From: Candidatus Saccharimonadota bacterium
GTDB lineage: Bacteria > Patescibacteriota > Saccharimonadia > Saccharimonadales > AWTP1-31
Direction: 5' to 3'
DNA length: 64,000 nt
Assembly (NCBI GenBank): GCA_003962975.1
Contig: RXKC01000006.1
Coordinates: 9,788-73,787 of the forward strand
This document shows positions 15,718-24,728 of the stretch, piece after piece. The position numbers and the translations under genes were made by a program. The stretch's first letter is position 1, and each line of letters opens with the position of its first letter. The notes beneath the pieces are model-generated. The model saw only the letters and a program-made list of their open reading frames with translations. It made no database searches and was not told where the DNA came from.

Positions 15718-16994
15718 CCCCAAACTACAAGTCGTTTATCTTTAAGGGCTACCACTTCGATACAGCCAGCAAACGACTAAAACTAAGCTATGGTTTTGAC
15801 GATGTCTGGTCGTTCACCGAAGAGTATGGTCTTGACTTCCCGTTTGTCGATTATGACGAACAAGCTTTAAATCGTGTTGTGCAAGACCTTTTCTTTATGG
15901 CAGGAGTTTCGTATTACAAAGCGTTTCCTACCGAGCAGATCCGGATAGATCACGGCCAACTCGACCGGCCTGCCGCCGAATTCTTTAGCAATACCTACCA
16001 AAAAGGTTTGGGCGAGTACTTTTACATTAATAAGCTTGATCCCAAAACCGACATTCCGTTTATTGCTACAACCGAACATTTACCCGCACTGCAGCACCAA
16101 GAAAGATCAGGCCAACTAGTCGCCATTGGTGGCGGTAAAGATTCGCTGGTCAGCATAGAGAAGCTTCGTGGCCAGCCAAAGGTTGCTACCTGGAGCCTGG
16201 GACACCGCAACCAACTGCAGCCGCTTGTCGACCGTGTTGGTCTCAAACATTTTTGGGTTGATCGCAAACTCGACCCACAGCTGCTCAGCCTGAGTGATCA
16301 CGGCGCACTGGGCGGACACATCCCTATCTCGGCTATTTTTGCGTGCGTCGGTGCAATTGTCGCAGTACTAACCGGCTACCAAGACGTGGTAGTTTCTAAT
16401 GAAAGTTCTGCAGACGAACCAACCCTACATTACAACCGCGTCGCTATTAATCACCAATATTCTAAGTCTTCTGCGCACGAAAAGGCCTACCAAGCACACC
16501 TCGCCCGCATATTTGGAGACAGTCTGCGCTACTATTCGTTCCTGCGTCCACTGAGTGAAGTGCATATTGCCGAAATCTTTGCGGCAGAAGGTTTTGAAAA
16601 GTATAAAGATCTGTTTAGCTCATGTAACCGTGCTTTTGTGCAAGGTAGTGACAAAATGAGCTGGTGCGGCGTGTGCTCTAAATGCGCTTTTAGTTTCCTT
16701 GCGTTTTCTCCGTTCATCAACCGAATTGAACTCGAAAAACTCTGGCACAAAAACCTACTGCTTGATCCAACCTTGGTAACAACCTACCAAAACCTACTCG
16801 GCATTAGCGGTAACAAGCCCCTCGACTGTGTCGGCGAAGTTAAAGAATCTCGAGCAGCCATGCGCCTTGCGCAAGAGAAATATCCAGGCTTAGGTTACGA
16901 GTTCGACATTCCTGAAAGCTACGATTACAAAGCTCTCGCGCCCCATAGCATGCCCGACGAAATATACTCCTTGCTTCAACCCGTCAAAGATTGA
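15714..16994 (+). CDS. PP-loop-type ATPase-like protein with a C-terminal Cys cluster, function unknown (MurL-like candidate)
   Basis: ATGA overlap with the murD stop. PP-loop-like VAIGGGKDSLVS. Cys cluster SSCNRAF..WCGVCSKCAF. Confidence 0.55.
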   Translation: MTPNYKSFIFKGYHFDTASKRLKLSYGFDDVWSFTEEYGLDFPFVDYDEQALNRVVQDLFFMAGVSYYKAFPTEQIRIDHGQLDRPAAEFFSNTYQKGLGEYFYINKLDPKTDIPFIATTEHLPALQHQERSGQLVAIGGGKDSLVSIEKLRGQPKVATWSLGHRNQLQPLVDRVGLKHFWVDRKLDPQLLSLSDHGALGGHIPISAIFACVGAIVAVLTGYQDVVVSNESSADEPTLHYNRVAINHQYSKSSAHEKAYQAHLARIFGDSLRYYSFLRPLSEVHIAEIFAAEGFEKYKDLFSSCNRAFVQGSDKMSWCGVCSKCAFSFLAFSPFINRIELEKLWHKNLLLDPTLVTTYQNLLGISGNKPLDCVGEVKESRAAMRLAQEKYPGLGYEFDIPESYDYKALAPHSMPDEIYSLLQPVKD

Positions 16995-17028
16995 TTTTTA
17001 TCTATTTTTATGATATTATACCCCTGTT

Positions 17029-17775
17029 ATGATTAGTTTAGTTGCGATTGGCGGTGGCAAAATTACGGCTCGTGAAACCGAAGCCATTGATCGTCATGCG
17101 CTATTACTAACCGAAGCCGAACGCCCAAAGGTCACCTTTATTGGTGCAGCCAGTAGTGACGATGCCGAGTATGCGCAAAACTTTGCAGACTACTACAAGT
17201 CATTGGGCGCTGAAGTAACTACGCTTGCCCTGACTAGGTCACCTAGTGAAGATGAAATTGACGAGGCAATTTTTGGTGCAGACATGCTGTACGGCGGTGG
17301 TGGCTCAACTGCAAAACTGATTGAATACTTACAAACAGCTGGCGTTGCAGATCGCATCGACCAGGTCGCACAAGACAGTAGAATACTGGTTGTTGCCGGC
17401 TTAAGTGCTGGTGCAAACATGCAAGCAGCCTATTGCTCGACTGATCACGGCGTCGAAGACGGGCCATTAGATATCATCCCTGGTCTAGGCTATATGCCAC
17501 GAACCCTGATCAGTCCACACCATATAACCGAAGGTGAAGCCCGCTGGAAATTCCTGAAAGAAAGCCTACCCCTCGCCGATGCACCACATATCAAGGCCAT
17601 TGCCATTGATGACTGGGCTGCATACGTTGTACCCCACAGCTACCAAGGTTCGTATGGTATCGCCTCACGACCAGACAGCCATGTTTATAGCGTCACACCA
17701 CTTGTTGACCGCGAAAATTCTATCGCTCCCATTATCGAACGTGCGCTTGCTGCGGACGGCTCAATAGTTCGTTAG
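17029..17775 (+). CDS. Peptidase S51 family (dipeptidase E / cyanophycinase-like)
   Basis: YGGGGSTAKL and the nucleophile-elbow-like VVAGLSAGANM. About 250 aa. Confidence 0.55.
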   Translation: MISLVAIGGGKITARETEAIDRHALLLTEAERPKVTFIGAASSDDAEYAQNFADYYKSLGAEVTTLALTRSPSEDEIDEAIFGADMLYGGGGSTAKLIEYLQTAGVADRIDQVAQDSRILVVAGLSAGANMQAAYCSTDHGVEDGPLDIIPGLGYMPRTLISPHHITEGEARWKFLKESLPLADAPHIKAIAIDDWAAYVVPHSYQGSYGIASRPDSHVYSVTPLVDRENSIAPIIERALAADGSIVR

Positions 17776-18077
17776 CCGCGTCTAGTTTGGCGATACATTA
17801 TTAAAGATACAGCCAACAGTAATGTGCAGAGCAAATAGATGGTCATGCCTCTCGTGAATATATGCAAGCTACCGCTATAGCCACCACCCTGTAGGCTAGT
17901 TTTTGTAATCTCGAATAACTGAAGTGGACCAAGTTTACCGACAATTTTTCCAGTTGAAGTTGCAAGCTGCAATGAACTTGCTACCAATAGACCTGCGAAG
18001 ACTAAAGCGCCTACCAGGGCAGCCGACATACATGATCGGCCAATGTCGCCGCTTACTTTTGTTTCAAGCATAGCCAT
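17772..18077 (-). CDS. Small two-TM membrane protein (last gene of the ABC cluster)
   Basis: ORF 17772..18101. AGGAGG sits 7 nt upstream of ATG 18077. Two hydrophobic helices. Confidence 0.55.
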   Translation of the reverse strand: MAMLETKVSGDIGRSCMSAALVGALVFAGLLVASSLQLATSTGKIVGKLGPLQLFEITKTSLQGGGYSGSLHIFTRGMTIYLLCTLLLAVSLIMYRQTRRG

Positions 18078-19401
18078 ATCTTTTCCTCCTTGTTTTCTCA
18101 ATACCGTATATAAGAACTAAAGCCGTGACAGAAACACTCAGCCAACCGGCTATTTGAAGAGCTGGGCCTGCCTCATGCAAAGACATTACACGAGGATATG
18201 CAACTACCAAGCCTGAAGCTGTTACTCCAGAAAGAAACTGCGTACCCATCTCGCCTGCAGCAGGTACGAGTACCGTACCAACAAGCAGTCCAATGACACC
18301 ACCTGCTAGATGCGAACTGATTACCGCGACAATACTGAAGAACGATGGATCATTTGCCAGCCATAAAATCGTTAGCGGCAAACCAATCACTGCACTAGCT
18401 AGCAGAGTAATCAAACCTTCTTGCTTCAGTAACGCATTAATACTCCAGAGTATACTTTGCTCGGCCGGTTTATATCGTGTCACGACGCCGCGTACATCAC
18501 AGGCAAATGTTGCCGATAGTATGCTTCCTAAAAGCATAACGAGCGATTGACTGACCTGACTGCTACTACGCACCCAAAAACCAGCAGCGAATAAACTCGA
18601 TAGTAAAACTGCGGTCAGCAATGAGTTACGAGTTCGCTCATTGCGAGCTAAGCGTGCGCTAAACCAGAGCTGCTGTGGAATTGTTTTACTTATCTTTAAG
18701 TACACGACTGAACTTGCCATGGATTTACTTTTAGTTCCGGTAGAACACCAATCAAACCAATAACCCAGATTTGCTAGCAGTACAGCACAGCAAATCGCTA
18801 CAGGAACGTGCTGTCCTACTACATGCGTCGAGTTTTGCAGCCACCAATCGAGTGCTTTCATTAGCAGGAATATCATCCCAAAGAACGCAGCAACCCGAAC
18901 CAACACTCGATTCAATACTGGCAAAAGCAAGAACCCATAGGCTGAATACAAACCAAGCCAGAATGCAATCACCGCAAGCCCGGGCCAATAGCCAACCGTT
19001 CGAGAAGCAGCAACAACCAGAAAAGTACCAAAGACACCAAGATACGTAATCACTACGACTGTGGGCAAATGACCCAAAAACCAGCGCAGATTCTTGCACA
19101 AAGGCAGTGTCCTTAATATACAAATGAGTTCATCTGAGCGTACATCATGCTTCATAGCAATCATCGTAAGCAACACCAGTCCACTACTGAAGAATCCAGC
19201 TAGCATCATGATTACGATGAGCAGCGCAAGCGCTAAATCGTTTGGAATGTGCATACGCGTAATTGCCGACCCAAACATAGATCCAAACACAACTGCCGCA
19301 CCAAGACCAAGTAATGAACGTAGAGCAAGTTGTTTAGCTGGCCTATGTGCGCCACGAGCAAATGCAGCTATAAGAACCATGCGCGCCAGACTAGGCAACA
19401 T
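18064..19401 (-). CDS. Polytopic membrane protein, probable ABC permease component
   Basis: ORF 18064..19482. GGAGG sits 9 nt upstream of ATG 19401. At least 10 hydrophobic segments. Follows the ABC ATPase. Confidence 0.6.
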   Translation of the reverse strand: MLPSLARMVLIAAFARGAHRPAKQLALRSLLGLGAAVVFGSMFGSAITRMHIPNDLALALLIVIMMLAGFFSSGLVLLTMIAMKHDVRSDELICILRTLPLCKNLRWFLGHLPTVVVITYLGVFGTFLVVAASRTVGYWPGLAVIAFWLGLYSAYGFLLLPVLNRVLVRVAAFFGMIFLLMKALDWWLQNSTHVVGQHVPVAICCAVLLANLGYWFDWCSTGTKSKSMASSVVYLKISKTIPQQLWFSARLARNERTRNSLLTAVLLSSLFAAGFWVRSSSQVSQSLVMLLGSILSATFACDVRGVVTRYKPAEQSILWSINALLKQEGLITLLASAVIGLPLTILWLANDPSFFSIVAVISSHLAGGVIGLLVGTVLVPAAGEMGTQFLSGVTASGLVVAYPRVMSLHEAGPALQIAGWLSVSVTALVLIYGIEKTRRKRYGYA

Positions 19402-20134
19402 TGTCATATACCTCCATAAAGCGTGCCTCCAAACTACCCGATTTTGCAACAATCTCTCGCGTGTAATCGTTGAGGATGACATGGCCTCGCCTTATCATGA
19501 TTATCTCTTCAGCAAAACGCTCTGCCCACCACAGATCATGCGTCGCAGCAATGATCGACGTTCCGCCGATTTGTTTTCTGCGTAACAATGCTTCTGCTCG
19601 AGCGATAGCGATTGGATCCAAGCCGTTGCGAAGTTCATCAACCACGACAAAATTTGGCTCATGCAACAAACCAGCGATAATTTGAACTTTCTTCTTATTT
19701 CCATGACTAAGACTGCCGAGCTGCGAGTGAAAGCTTTCAAATAACAACTCGTTCGCCAATTCTTTCACACGTTTTTCTAGCAGCCTCTTGCTCGTATGCT
19801 GAGCATGTACGCTCACCAAAAGGTCAAAGAATTCAGCTGCCGTCAGTTCGGCTATAAGCCACGCGTCGTCATCTGGTATATACCCTACCGCACGCTTCAC
19901 ACTAACCTCTTCATCGTGAGCATTGAGCCCACTCACTCTCACACTTCCTTCTCGCGGAATGATTAAGCCTACCAGTGTTTCTACTAATGTCGTTTTACCG
20001 CTACCGTTAGCACCGACAATACACACTGAGCCACCAGCCATAAAACGCAAGAATGGAACATGGAGTTGAAATGTATTACTGCGACGAATTCGCAGTTCAT
20101 CTACGGTCATGACGATTTCACGACGCTGTCTCAT
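19391..20134 (-). CDS. ABC transporter ATP-binding protein
   Basis: Walker A GANGSGKTT, signature LSHGNKKK, Walker B VVVDELRNGLD. GGAG sits 8 nt upstream of ATG 20134. Confidence 0.85.
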   Translation of the reverse strand: MRQRREIVMTVDELRIRRSNTFQLHVPFLRFMAGGSVCIVGANGSGKTTLVETLVGLIIPREGSVRVSGLNAHDEEVSVKRAVGYIPDDDAWLIAELTAAEFFDLLVSVHAQHTSKRLLEKRVKELANELLFESFHSQLGSLSHGNKKKVQIIAGLLHEPNFVVVDELRNGLDPIAIARAEALLRRKQIGGTSIIAATHDLWWAERFAEEIIMIRRGHVILNDYTREIVAKSGSLEARFMEVYDNVA

Positions 20135-20957
20135 GACGTAATCTCCATAAGCGTCTTACCGTTTGACCATCCCCGTACTGGGGAATCCAACTCAGCCAGT
20201 GAAAAACCGCTACCATTCCAATAGATGCAAGCACAAAAACTGATCTGCTAAATATCGCCACGACAGCCATTAAAAGCAGCGCAACTATCGAACCGGCCAG
20301 CGGCCCATAGACTGCCGACTGCCATTCATGTCGTGCCATAAGTTGCCGATGCAGCACACCAAGTCTCGTCCCTCTTACTACAATGCAGACCCCAGACACC
20401 TGGCTGCGTGCAATGTGCAAGTGGACCCATTCATGCACTGCCGTACTTACAAATACCGTCAATAACAGGCCAACATGTGCCAGCACAAAAGTAGGCGAGA
20501 GTAGGTTGCCTCCGTATGCAAGCACACATACAATGATCGTCGCTATACAGACTGGCGCAAACGCCATTGAAAGTGCCTTGAATAATCCACGCTCGTCGCC
20601 TGTTTTCCTTATAGCCGGCCGCAGCACTTGACCACCAGCTAGACGTAGTCGAAGCAGACGAAACCGTAAGAAACGTTGTCTATGTCGAATCTTCAAGCCA
20701 GCAATCCCAGCCAGAAAACGCAGTATCTCTGCCGCCTCTGCACGTCTTAGCCCACATGTGGCAGCCTGCTTAAACCAGTGTCCGGCTGAAAAAGATTTGT
20801 TGATACGATCAACTGCATTTGCAGCTCGTGCCTCCATTTGATGACGGGCTCCATTTGCATGATCAATCAGTGTTTGACCACGTACTTCTATTCCCGCAGC
20901 TAATGCAATGTGATCTTGAGGCGCAACCAAACCAAGCGTCAGCGTAAATATATCCAT
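20118..20957 (-). CDS. Membrane protein with intramembrane HExxH (putative zinc metalloprotease) and an Arg-rich cytoplasmic N-domain
   Basis: AVHEWVHLHIA lies within a hydrophobic segment, with about 4 C-terminal TMs. N-terminal segment RHRQRFLRFRLLRLRL. Confidence 0.55.
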   Translation of the reverse strand: MDIFTLTLGLVAPQDHIALAAGIEVRGQTLIDHANGARHQMEARAANAVDRINKSFSAGHWFKQAATCGLRRAEAAEILRFLAGIAGLKIRHRQRFLRFRLLRLRLAGGQVLRPAIRKTGDERGLFKALSMAFAPVCIATIIVCVLAYGGNLLSPTFVLAHVGLLLTVFVSTAVHEWVHLHIARSQVSGVCIVVRGTRLGVLHRQLMARHEWQSAVYGPLAGSIVALLLMAVVAIFSRSVFVLASIGMVAVFHWLSWIPQYGDGQTVRRLWRLRHETAS

Positions 20958-20966
20958 GAGCTCCTC

Positions 20967-21164
20967 TTAGCGACAAATGAATGTTGCGCGCATTGTTTTC
21001 CAGTCCATCTGGATGCTTTTCGCACCACGCCAACCACACAGAATAATTGCTGCTGCGGTCGATGAACCGATCATGATCACCCACGCCAAAGCAACCGCCA
21101 TTACCACCCCCTCCTTGGTAACGTACGGAGCTGACTCATCTACACGAATCAAAGAATATGTCAT
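20967..21164 (-). CDS. Small single-TM protein (65 aa), first gene of the cluster
   Basis: ORF 20967..21203. GGAAGGG sits 7 nt upstream of ATG 21164. Product MTYSLIRVDESAPYVTKEGVVMAVALAWVIMIGSSTAAAIILCGW.. Confidence 0.45.
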   Translation of the reverse strand: MTYSLIRVDESAPYVTKEGVVMAVALAWVIMIGSSTAAAIILCGWRGAKSIQMDWKTMRATFICR

Positions 21165-21210
21165 ATCTAAGCCCTTCCTGCAGAGCCGTCCTGGCCTGCA
21201 CATTAGTTAT

Positions 21211-21222
21211 TTGTAGCTACAA
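21211..21222. promoter_or_regulatory. Perfect 12-bp palindrome TTGTAGCTACAA upstream of the ABC/protease cluster (candidate operator)
   Basis: Read directly. Lies 47 nt upstream of ATG 21164, in the divergent region shared with the chorismate mutase gene. Confidence 0.4.
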
Positions 21223-21391
21223 ATTCAGTTCTAGCTCTATGAAAATTCATCGTCAAATTGAATTACGGCACAACTGACAGCATGAGTTTATTGGTTTTGT
21301 ACTTCAACACTAGAAAAATAGTTGTTAAATAAAACTTAAATCTTTTTATTTTTACAACACCCGCAAAGTAACAGTATCGTATACTGTGCGT

Positions 21392-21694
21392 ATGAGTGAT
21401 GAGCTATCAGATCTAAGAGGTGAGATCGACAAACTAGACGAGCAGCTTATGCAGGTGCTTGGAAAACGTTTTGCTGTTACAAAAAAGGTTGGCATCTACA
21501 AGCGCGATAATAATGTCGTCAGCCAAGATCACGGCCGGGAAGCACGCCAAATGGAACGCATCTCTGAACTAGCGAAGCAAAACGGTGTCAGCCCCGAATA
21601 TGCGAAACGTTTGCTACGCATGACAATCGACGAAGTAATCGCTAATCATAAAGCCTTACGTGAAGAGATTAAGCAATCGGAACAAAACATATGA
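21392..21694 (+). CDS. Chorismate mutase (AroQ type)
   Basis: LRGEIDKLDEQLMQVLGKRFAVTKKVGIYK is typical of the CM_2 helix bundle. ATG 21392 lies 6 nt after TATACT (21380-21385). Confidence 0.8.
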   Translation: MSDELSDLRGEIDKLDEQLMQVLGKRFAVTKKVGIYKRDNNVVSQDHGREARQMERISELAKQNGVSPEYAKRLLRMTIDEVIANHKALREEIKQSEQNI

Positions 21695-22401
21695 GCCTTG
21701 TTAATTCAGTGAGCATTATCGGGCGCGGCGGCTTCGGGAAACTCCTTGCCGAATTAATCCCAGACGATGTCGAAGTTGGCTTATACGGCAGTAAGGACAC
21801 CGTCGAAAACATTACCTCTATTGGTTCTAGTGATGTCATATTCTTAGCAATGCCCCTGCAAGCATACTCAGATGTTCTCAAAAAACTGCGTCCAGCTTTA
21901 AAACCGGAAACACTGATTGTTGATGTCTGCTCGGTCAAAGTAAAGCCTGCTGAATACATCCGCGAATATCTGCCCGACCACCAAAACGTACTTTTGACTC
22001 ATCCCTTGTTCGGGCCACAGTCCTACCATAATAAGCAAAAGAAAGTTCTAGTTGTAACTGCTGGCGAAAACGCTAAAGCCAAGCGAGTTATACAGTTCTG
22101 TGAACAAAAACTAAAGCTGACCATTTTAATGATGAGCAACGAAGCGCACGACCAACGCATGGCCGAGATTCACGTCCTAACATTCTTTATCGCACGCGCA
22201 CTGCAACAGCTCGAACTTCACTCGGAACCATTCATGACGCCGTCTTTTCAGTCGTTGCTTGATCTTGCCGCCTTAGATGCGACACACACCGACGCTCTGT
22301 TTGAAACCATTCAAAATGGCAACCCATTTGCTGCCGAAGAACGCGCCAACTTTATCAAGACACTCCAAGAGATTGATAAAGACCTAAGCAGCAATACGTA
22401 A
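21691..22401 (+). CDS. tyrA: Prephenate dehydrogenase
   Basis: ATGA overlap with the chorismate mutase gene. Nucleotide-binding IIGRGGFGKLLA, HPLFGP, and a dimerisation C-terminal domain. Confidence 0.75.
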   Translation: MSLVNSVSIIGRGGFGKLLAELIPDDVEVGLYGSKDTVENITSIGSSDVIFLAMPLQAYSDVLKKLRPALKPETLIVDVCSVKVKPAEYIREYLPDHQNVLLTHPLFGPQSYHNKQKKVLVVTAGENAKAKRVIQFCEQKLKLTILMMSNEAHDQRMAEIHVLTFFIARALQQLELHSEPFMTPSFQSLLDLAALDATHTDALFETIQNGNPFAAEERANFIKTLQEIDKDLSSNT

Positions 22402-22414
22402 CCCGAAAACAGAG

Positions 22415-23119
22415 TTACAGATATTTCTTGAGCGCAGCTCTATCTTTAAGCACGATCATCGACCGTTTGGTTTCTATATAGCCCTTTTGCTCGAGTGCAG
22501 ATAATTCACGTCCAGTTGTTTCCCGCGAAGCATTGATTGAACTGGCAATATCTTGCTGACGAAGCGGTACATCGATCAGAATTGCCTTACCCTCTTTCTT
22601 GCCAAAACGCTGGGCAGAACTGAGCAGAAAAGAAATAAGCCTCTCTCGCACGGTGCGATACTCGAGGCTCATAATACGTTCACTGTGAATTCGGTACATC
22701 TCTAATGTCATATCCAAAACAGGTGCAAGCGCGTCGGGATGGTTGTGTAAAAAGTCCAAATATTCTTCACGGCTCAGTCGCCACACTTGAACTGACGACA
22801 TAGCTTGGTAGATAACATCTCTTTCCTGTCCCGTGATTGCCCAGATCAGCGGGAAAATCTCGTGCTCGCGGCGAATAATAAGCAGGTTTTCTTCGCCATA
22901 CTTAGTAATGTCAAAGGCCTTGATTAAACCGCTCTCAATATAAAAAACCGCCGATGGCTGCTCGCCAGGGCGGATGATATACTCACCTTTTTCATACCGT
23001 AGCCTCGTGCCACGATGGAACGTGTTGATTAACTCTTTGGTCTGAGAAGCAGAGGCCAACATGTGCATATTATGACAGAAGTTTTCCACATATCTAGTGT
23101 TTTGTGATATTTGTCGCAC
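22415..23119 (-). CDS. Crp/Fnr-family transcriptional regulator
   Basis: cNMP-binding beta-barrel (RLRYEKGEYIIRPGEQPSAVFYIESGLIK) plus a C-terminal HTH (QQDIASSINASRETTGRELSALEQKGYI). The true start may be an internal Met (about 23062-23068). Confidence 0.8.
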   Translation of the reverse strand: MRQISQNTRYVENFCHNMHMLASASQTKELINTFHRGTRLRYEKGEYIIRPGEQPSAVFYIESGLIKAFDITKYGEENLLIIRREHEIFPLIWAITGQERDVIYQAMSSVQVWRLSREEYLDFLHNHPDALAPVLDMTLEMYRIHSERIMSLEYRTVRERLISFLLSSAQRFGKKEGKAILIDVPLRQQDIASSINASRETTGRELSALEQKGYIETKRSMIVLKDRAALKKYL

Positions 23120-23120
23120 A

Positions 23121-23139
23121 CTAAACGTGACAAGTTTAG
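23121..23139. promoter_or_regulatory. Inverted repeat CTAAAC-N7-GTTTAG in the Crp / PH-domain divergent region (candidate Crp-family site)
   Basis: Read directly. Its centre lies about 45 bp upstream of the expected TSS of the TATAAT box at 23163-23168. Confidence 0.35.
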
Positions 23140-23196
23140 CTGCACCCCTAAGACAAGCGGCTTATAATTCTAGTTGTTAAGCAGGAGGTGCGAGAC

Positions 23197-23802
23197 ATGG
23201 TTGACCCACGCGTTGTCAAACAGCAGCTGGATCGGCTGGGACTACAGCTAACCTTTTTTGGTGAAGCAGAAGTCAATGAGCTGCCGCACATTCTGATGGA
23301 AGGCGAAGCTATTGAGCACCTGATTGTTGGCCATTACAGTGGCGGTTTTGCAATCATGGTCGCTACTAACTTTCGCCTACTACTCGTCGACAAAAAGCTA
23401 CTTTTCCTCAACGTCGAAGACATTCGCTACGACATGATTGCCGAACTTGATTATGGTCACCAGATGATCGGTGCCACCTTACATGTTCGCAGCTTTAGTA
23501 AAGACCTGAAATTCCAGAGTTTCAAAAAAATGAAGCTACGCGATTTCACTACATTCGTGCAACACAAAGTAATGCAGATGCGTCAGCAGTATGAGAAGGC
23601 AGACAATCGCATTCCTATCCAAACATTTGGCGAATCCGAGAATAACCTTCTGACACCAGCTCAAGCTCAGTCACTTATCCCACTGACAAAAGAAAGTTGG
23701 TACCGCGCAAAAACACCAACGCAGATAGTCAACCCCTACGCACAGTCACCACTCATGACCCGACGACGCATCGGTCCCTACACTGCGGCCGCCCGTAAAT
23801 AG
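23197..23802 (+). CDS. Bacterial PH-domain (bPH_2/YokE-like) protein
   Basis: AGGAGG sits 8 nt upstream of ATG 23197. GEAIEHLIVGHYSGGFAIMVATNFRLLLVD is typical of bPH domains. Confidence 0.55.
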   Translation: MVDPRVVKQQLDRLGLQLTFFGEAEVNELPHILMEGEAIEHLIVGHYSGGFAIMVATNFRLLLVDKKLLFLNVEDIRYDMIAELDYGHQMIGATLHVRSFSKDLKFQSFKKMKLRDFTTFVQHKVMQMRQQYEKADNRIPIQTFGESENNLLTPAQAQSLIPLTKESWYRAKTPTQIVNPYAQSPLMTRRRIGPYTAAARK

Positions 23803-23813
23803 CCAAAAAGTGA

Positions 23814-24125
23814 CTAGTCTTTTGCTAAGTTTTTCGACAACCAAGCTTCTACGCCAGGGGTTGTCTTTAGGACTGGCACTGCGGTGAGGACAAACTCGTC
23901 GTAGCTATGTAGTTTTGTGACGACTCCTTCGATTGCATCAAACTTTTCTTCGATTGTTTCCATCATAATTAGCACTTCGCCGTCATGATTGATCTTGCCA
24001 TCCCACCAATAGGATGAGTCAATCAGCGAGTGCCGCACACAAGCGATGAGCTTGGCCTCTAGTAGTGCGGTGCTGATCTTTTGTGCTTCATCTTGATTCG
24101 CACATGTTAAGTACATAATTACCAT
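23814..24125 (-). CDS. cutA: Divalent-cation tolerance protein CutA
   Basis: About 100 aa. MVIMYLTCANQDEAQKISTALLEAKLIACV..SSYWWDGKI. Start taken at ATG 24125. Confidence 0.75.
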   Translation of the reverse strand: MVIMYLTCANQDEAQKISTALLEAKLIACVRHSLIDSSYWWDGKINHDGEVLIMMETIEEKFDAIEGVVTKLHSYDEFVLTAVPVLKTTPGVEAWLSKNLAKD

Positions 24126-24213
24126 GTCCACATGGTAGCATGCCTACAAAAACAAAAGAGCAACATTGGCTAGGCTACCTATTAAATGCAGCATTAAGGT
24201 CCGCGTCAGAACG

Positions 24214-24528
24214 CTATTTCTTATTCACTTTTAATGAACTTCTTACAAGTTTAGTAACATGGTACACGACCAAAATAAAGGTCCAGAACACTATGGCTAG
24301 CAGAAATATGAGGGGTGTATCTCTTGATAATCTTCCAGGTAAGTCACACGGACCTACACTCTCATTTACACCACATTCAGGGTGAGGACCGTTCAATAGC
24401 TCGAACAATACTATGCTCATAGCTCCAAGTACAATTGCTAATACTAATGACTTTGTTACGAAACCCTTGTCAGTTTTCCTCGCCAAATAAACACCCGACA
24501 CCAAAATAAGCAATAAGACTATGGTCAC
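24214..24528 (-). CDS. Small membrane protein (3 TM)
   Basis: 104-aa ORF with three hydrophobic helices. No family recognised. Confidence 0.5.
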   Translation of the reverse strand: MTIVLLLILVSGVYLARKTDKGFVTKSLVLAIVLGAMSIVLFELLNGPHPECGVNESVGPCDLPGRLSRDTPLIFLLAIVFWTFILVVYHVTKLVRSSLKVNKK

Positions 24529-24583
24529 ACTCGTATTGTAACAAAAGAAAAAGCTCCACTGAGGAGCCTAGATTTAAACACTC

Positions 24584-24658
24584 TGGTGCGGGTGGAGGGA
24601 ATCGAACCCTCGTCCTGAGTTTGGAAAACTCATATACTAGCCGTTGTACGACACCCGC
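24584..24658 (-). tRNA. tRNA-Gly (anticodon UCC), CCA encoded
   Basis: Hand-folded 75-nt cloverleaf: acceptor GCGGGTG/CACCCGC, anticodon stem TGAGT/ACTCA, loop TTTCCAA, T-arm GAGGG-TTCGATT-CCCTC. Confidence 0.9.
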
Positions 24659-24728
24659 GTTAACAGAGAGATTATACCAGAAAATACCCGTTTTGTTTAA
24701 CGTCTGAACTTGGTGCTACAATGCGTTC

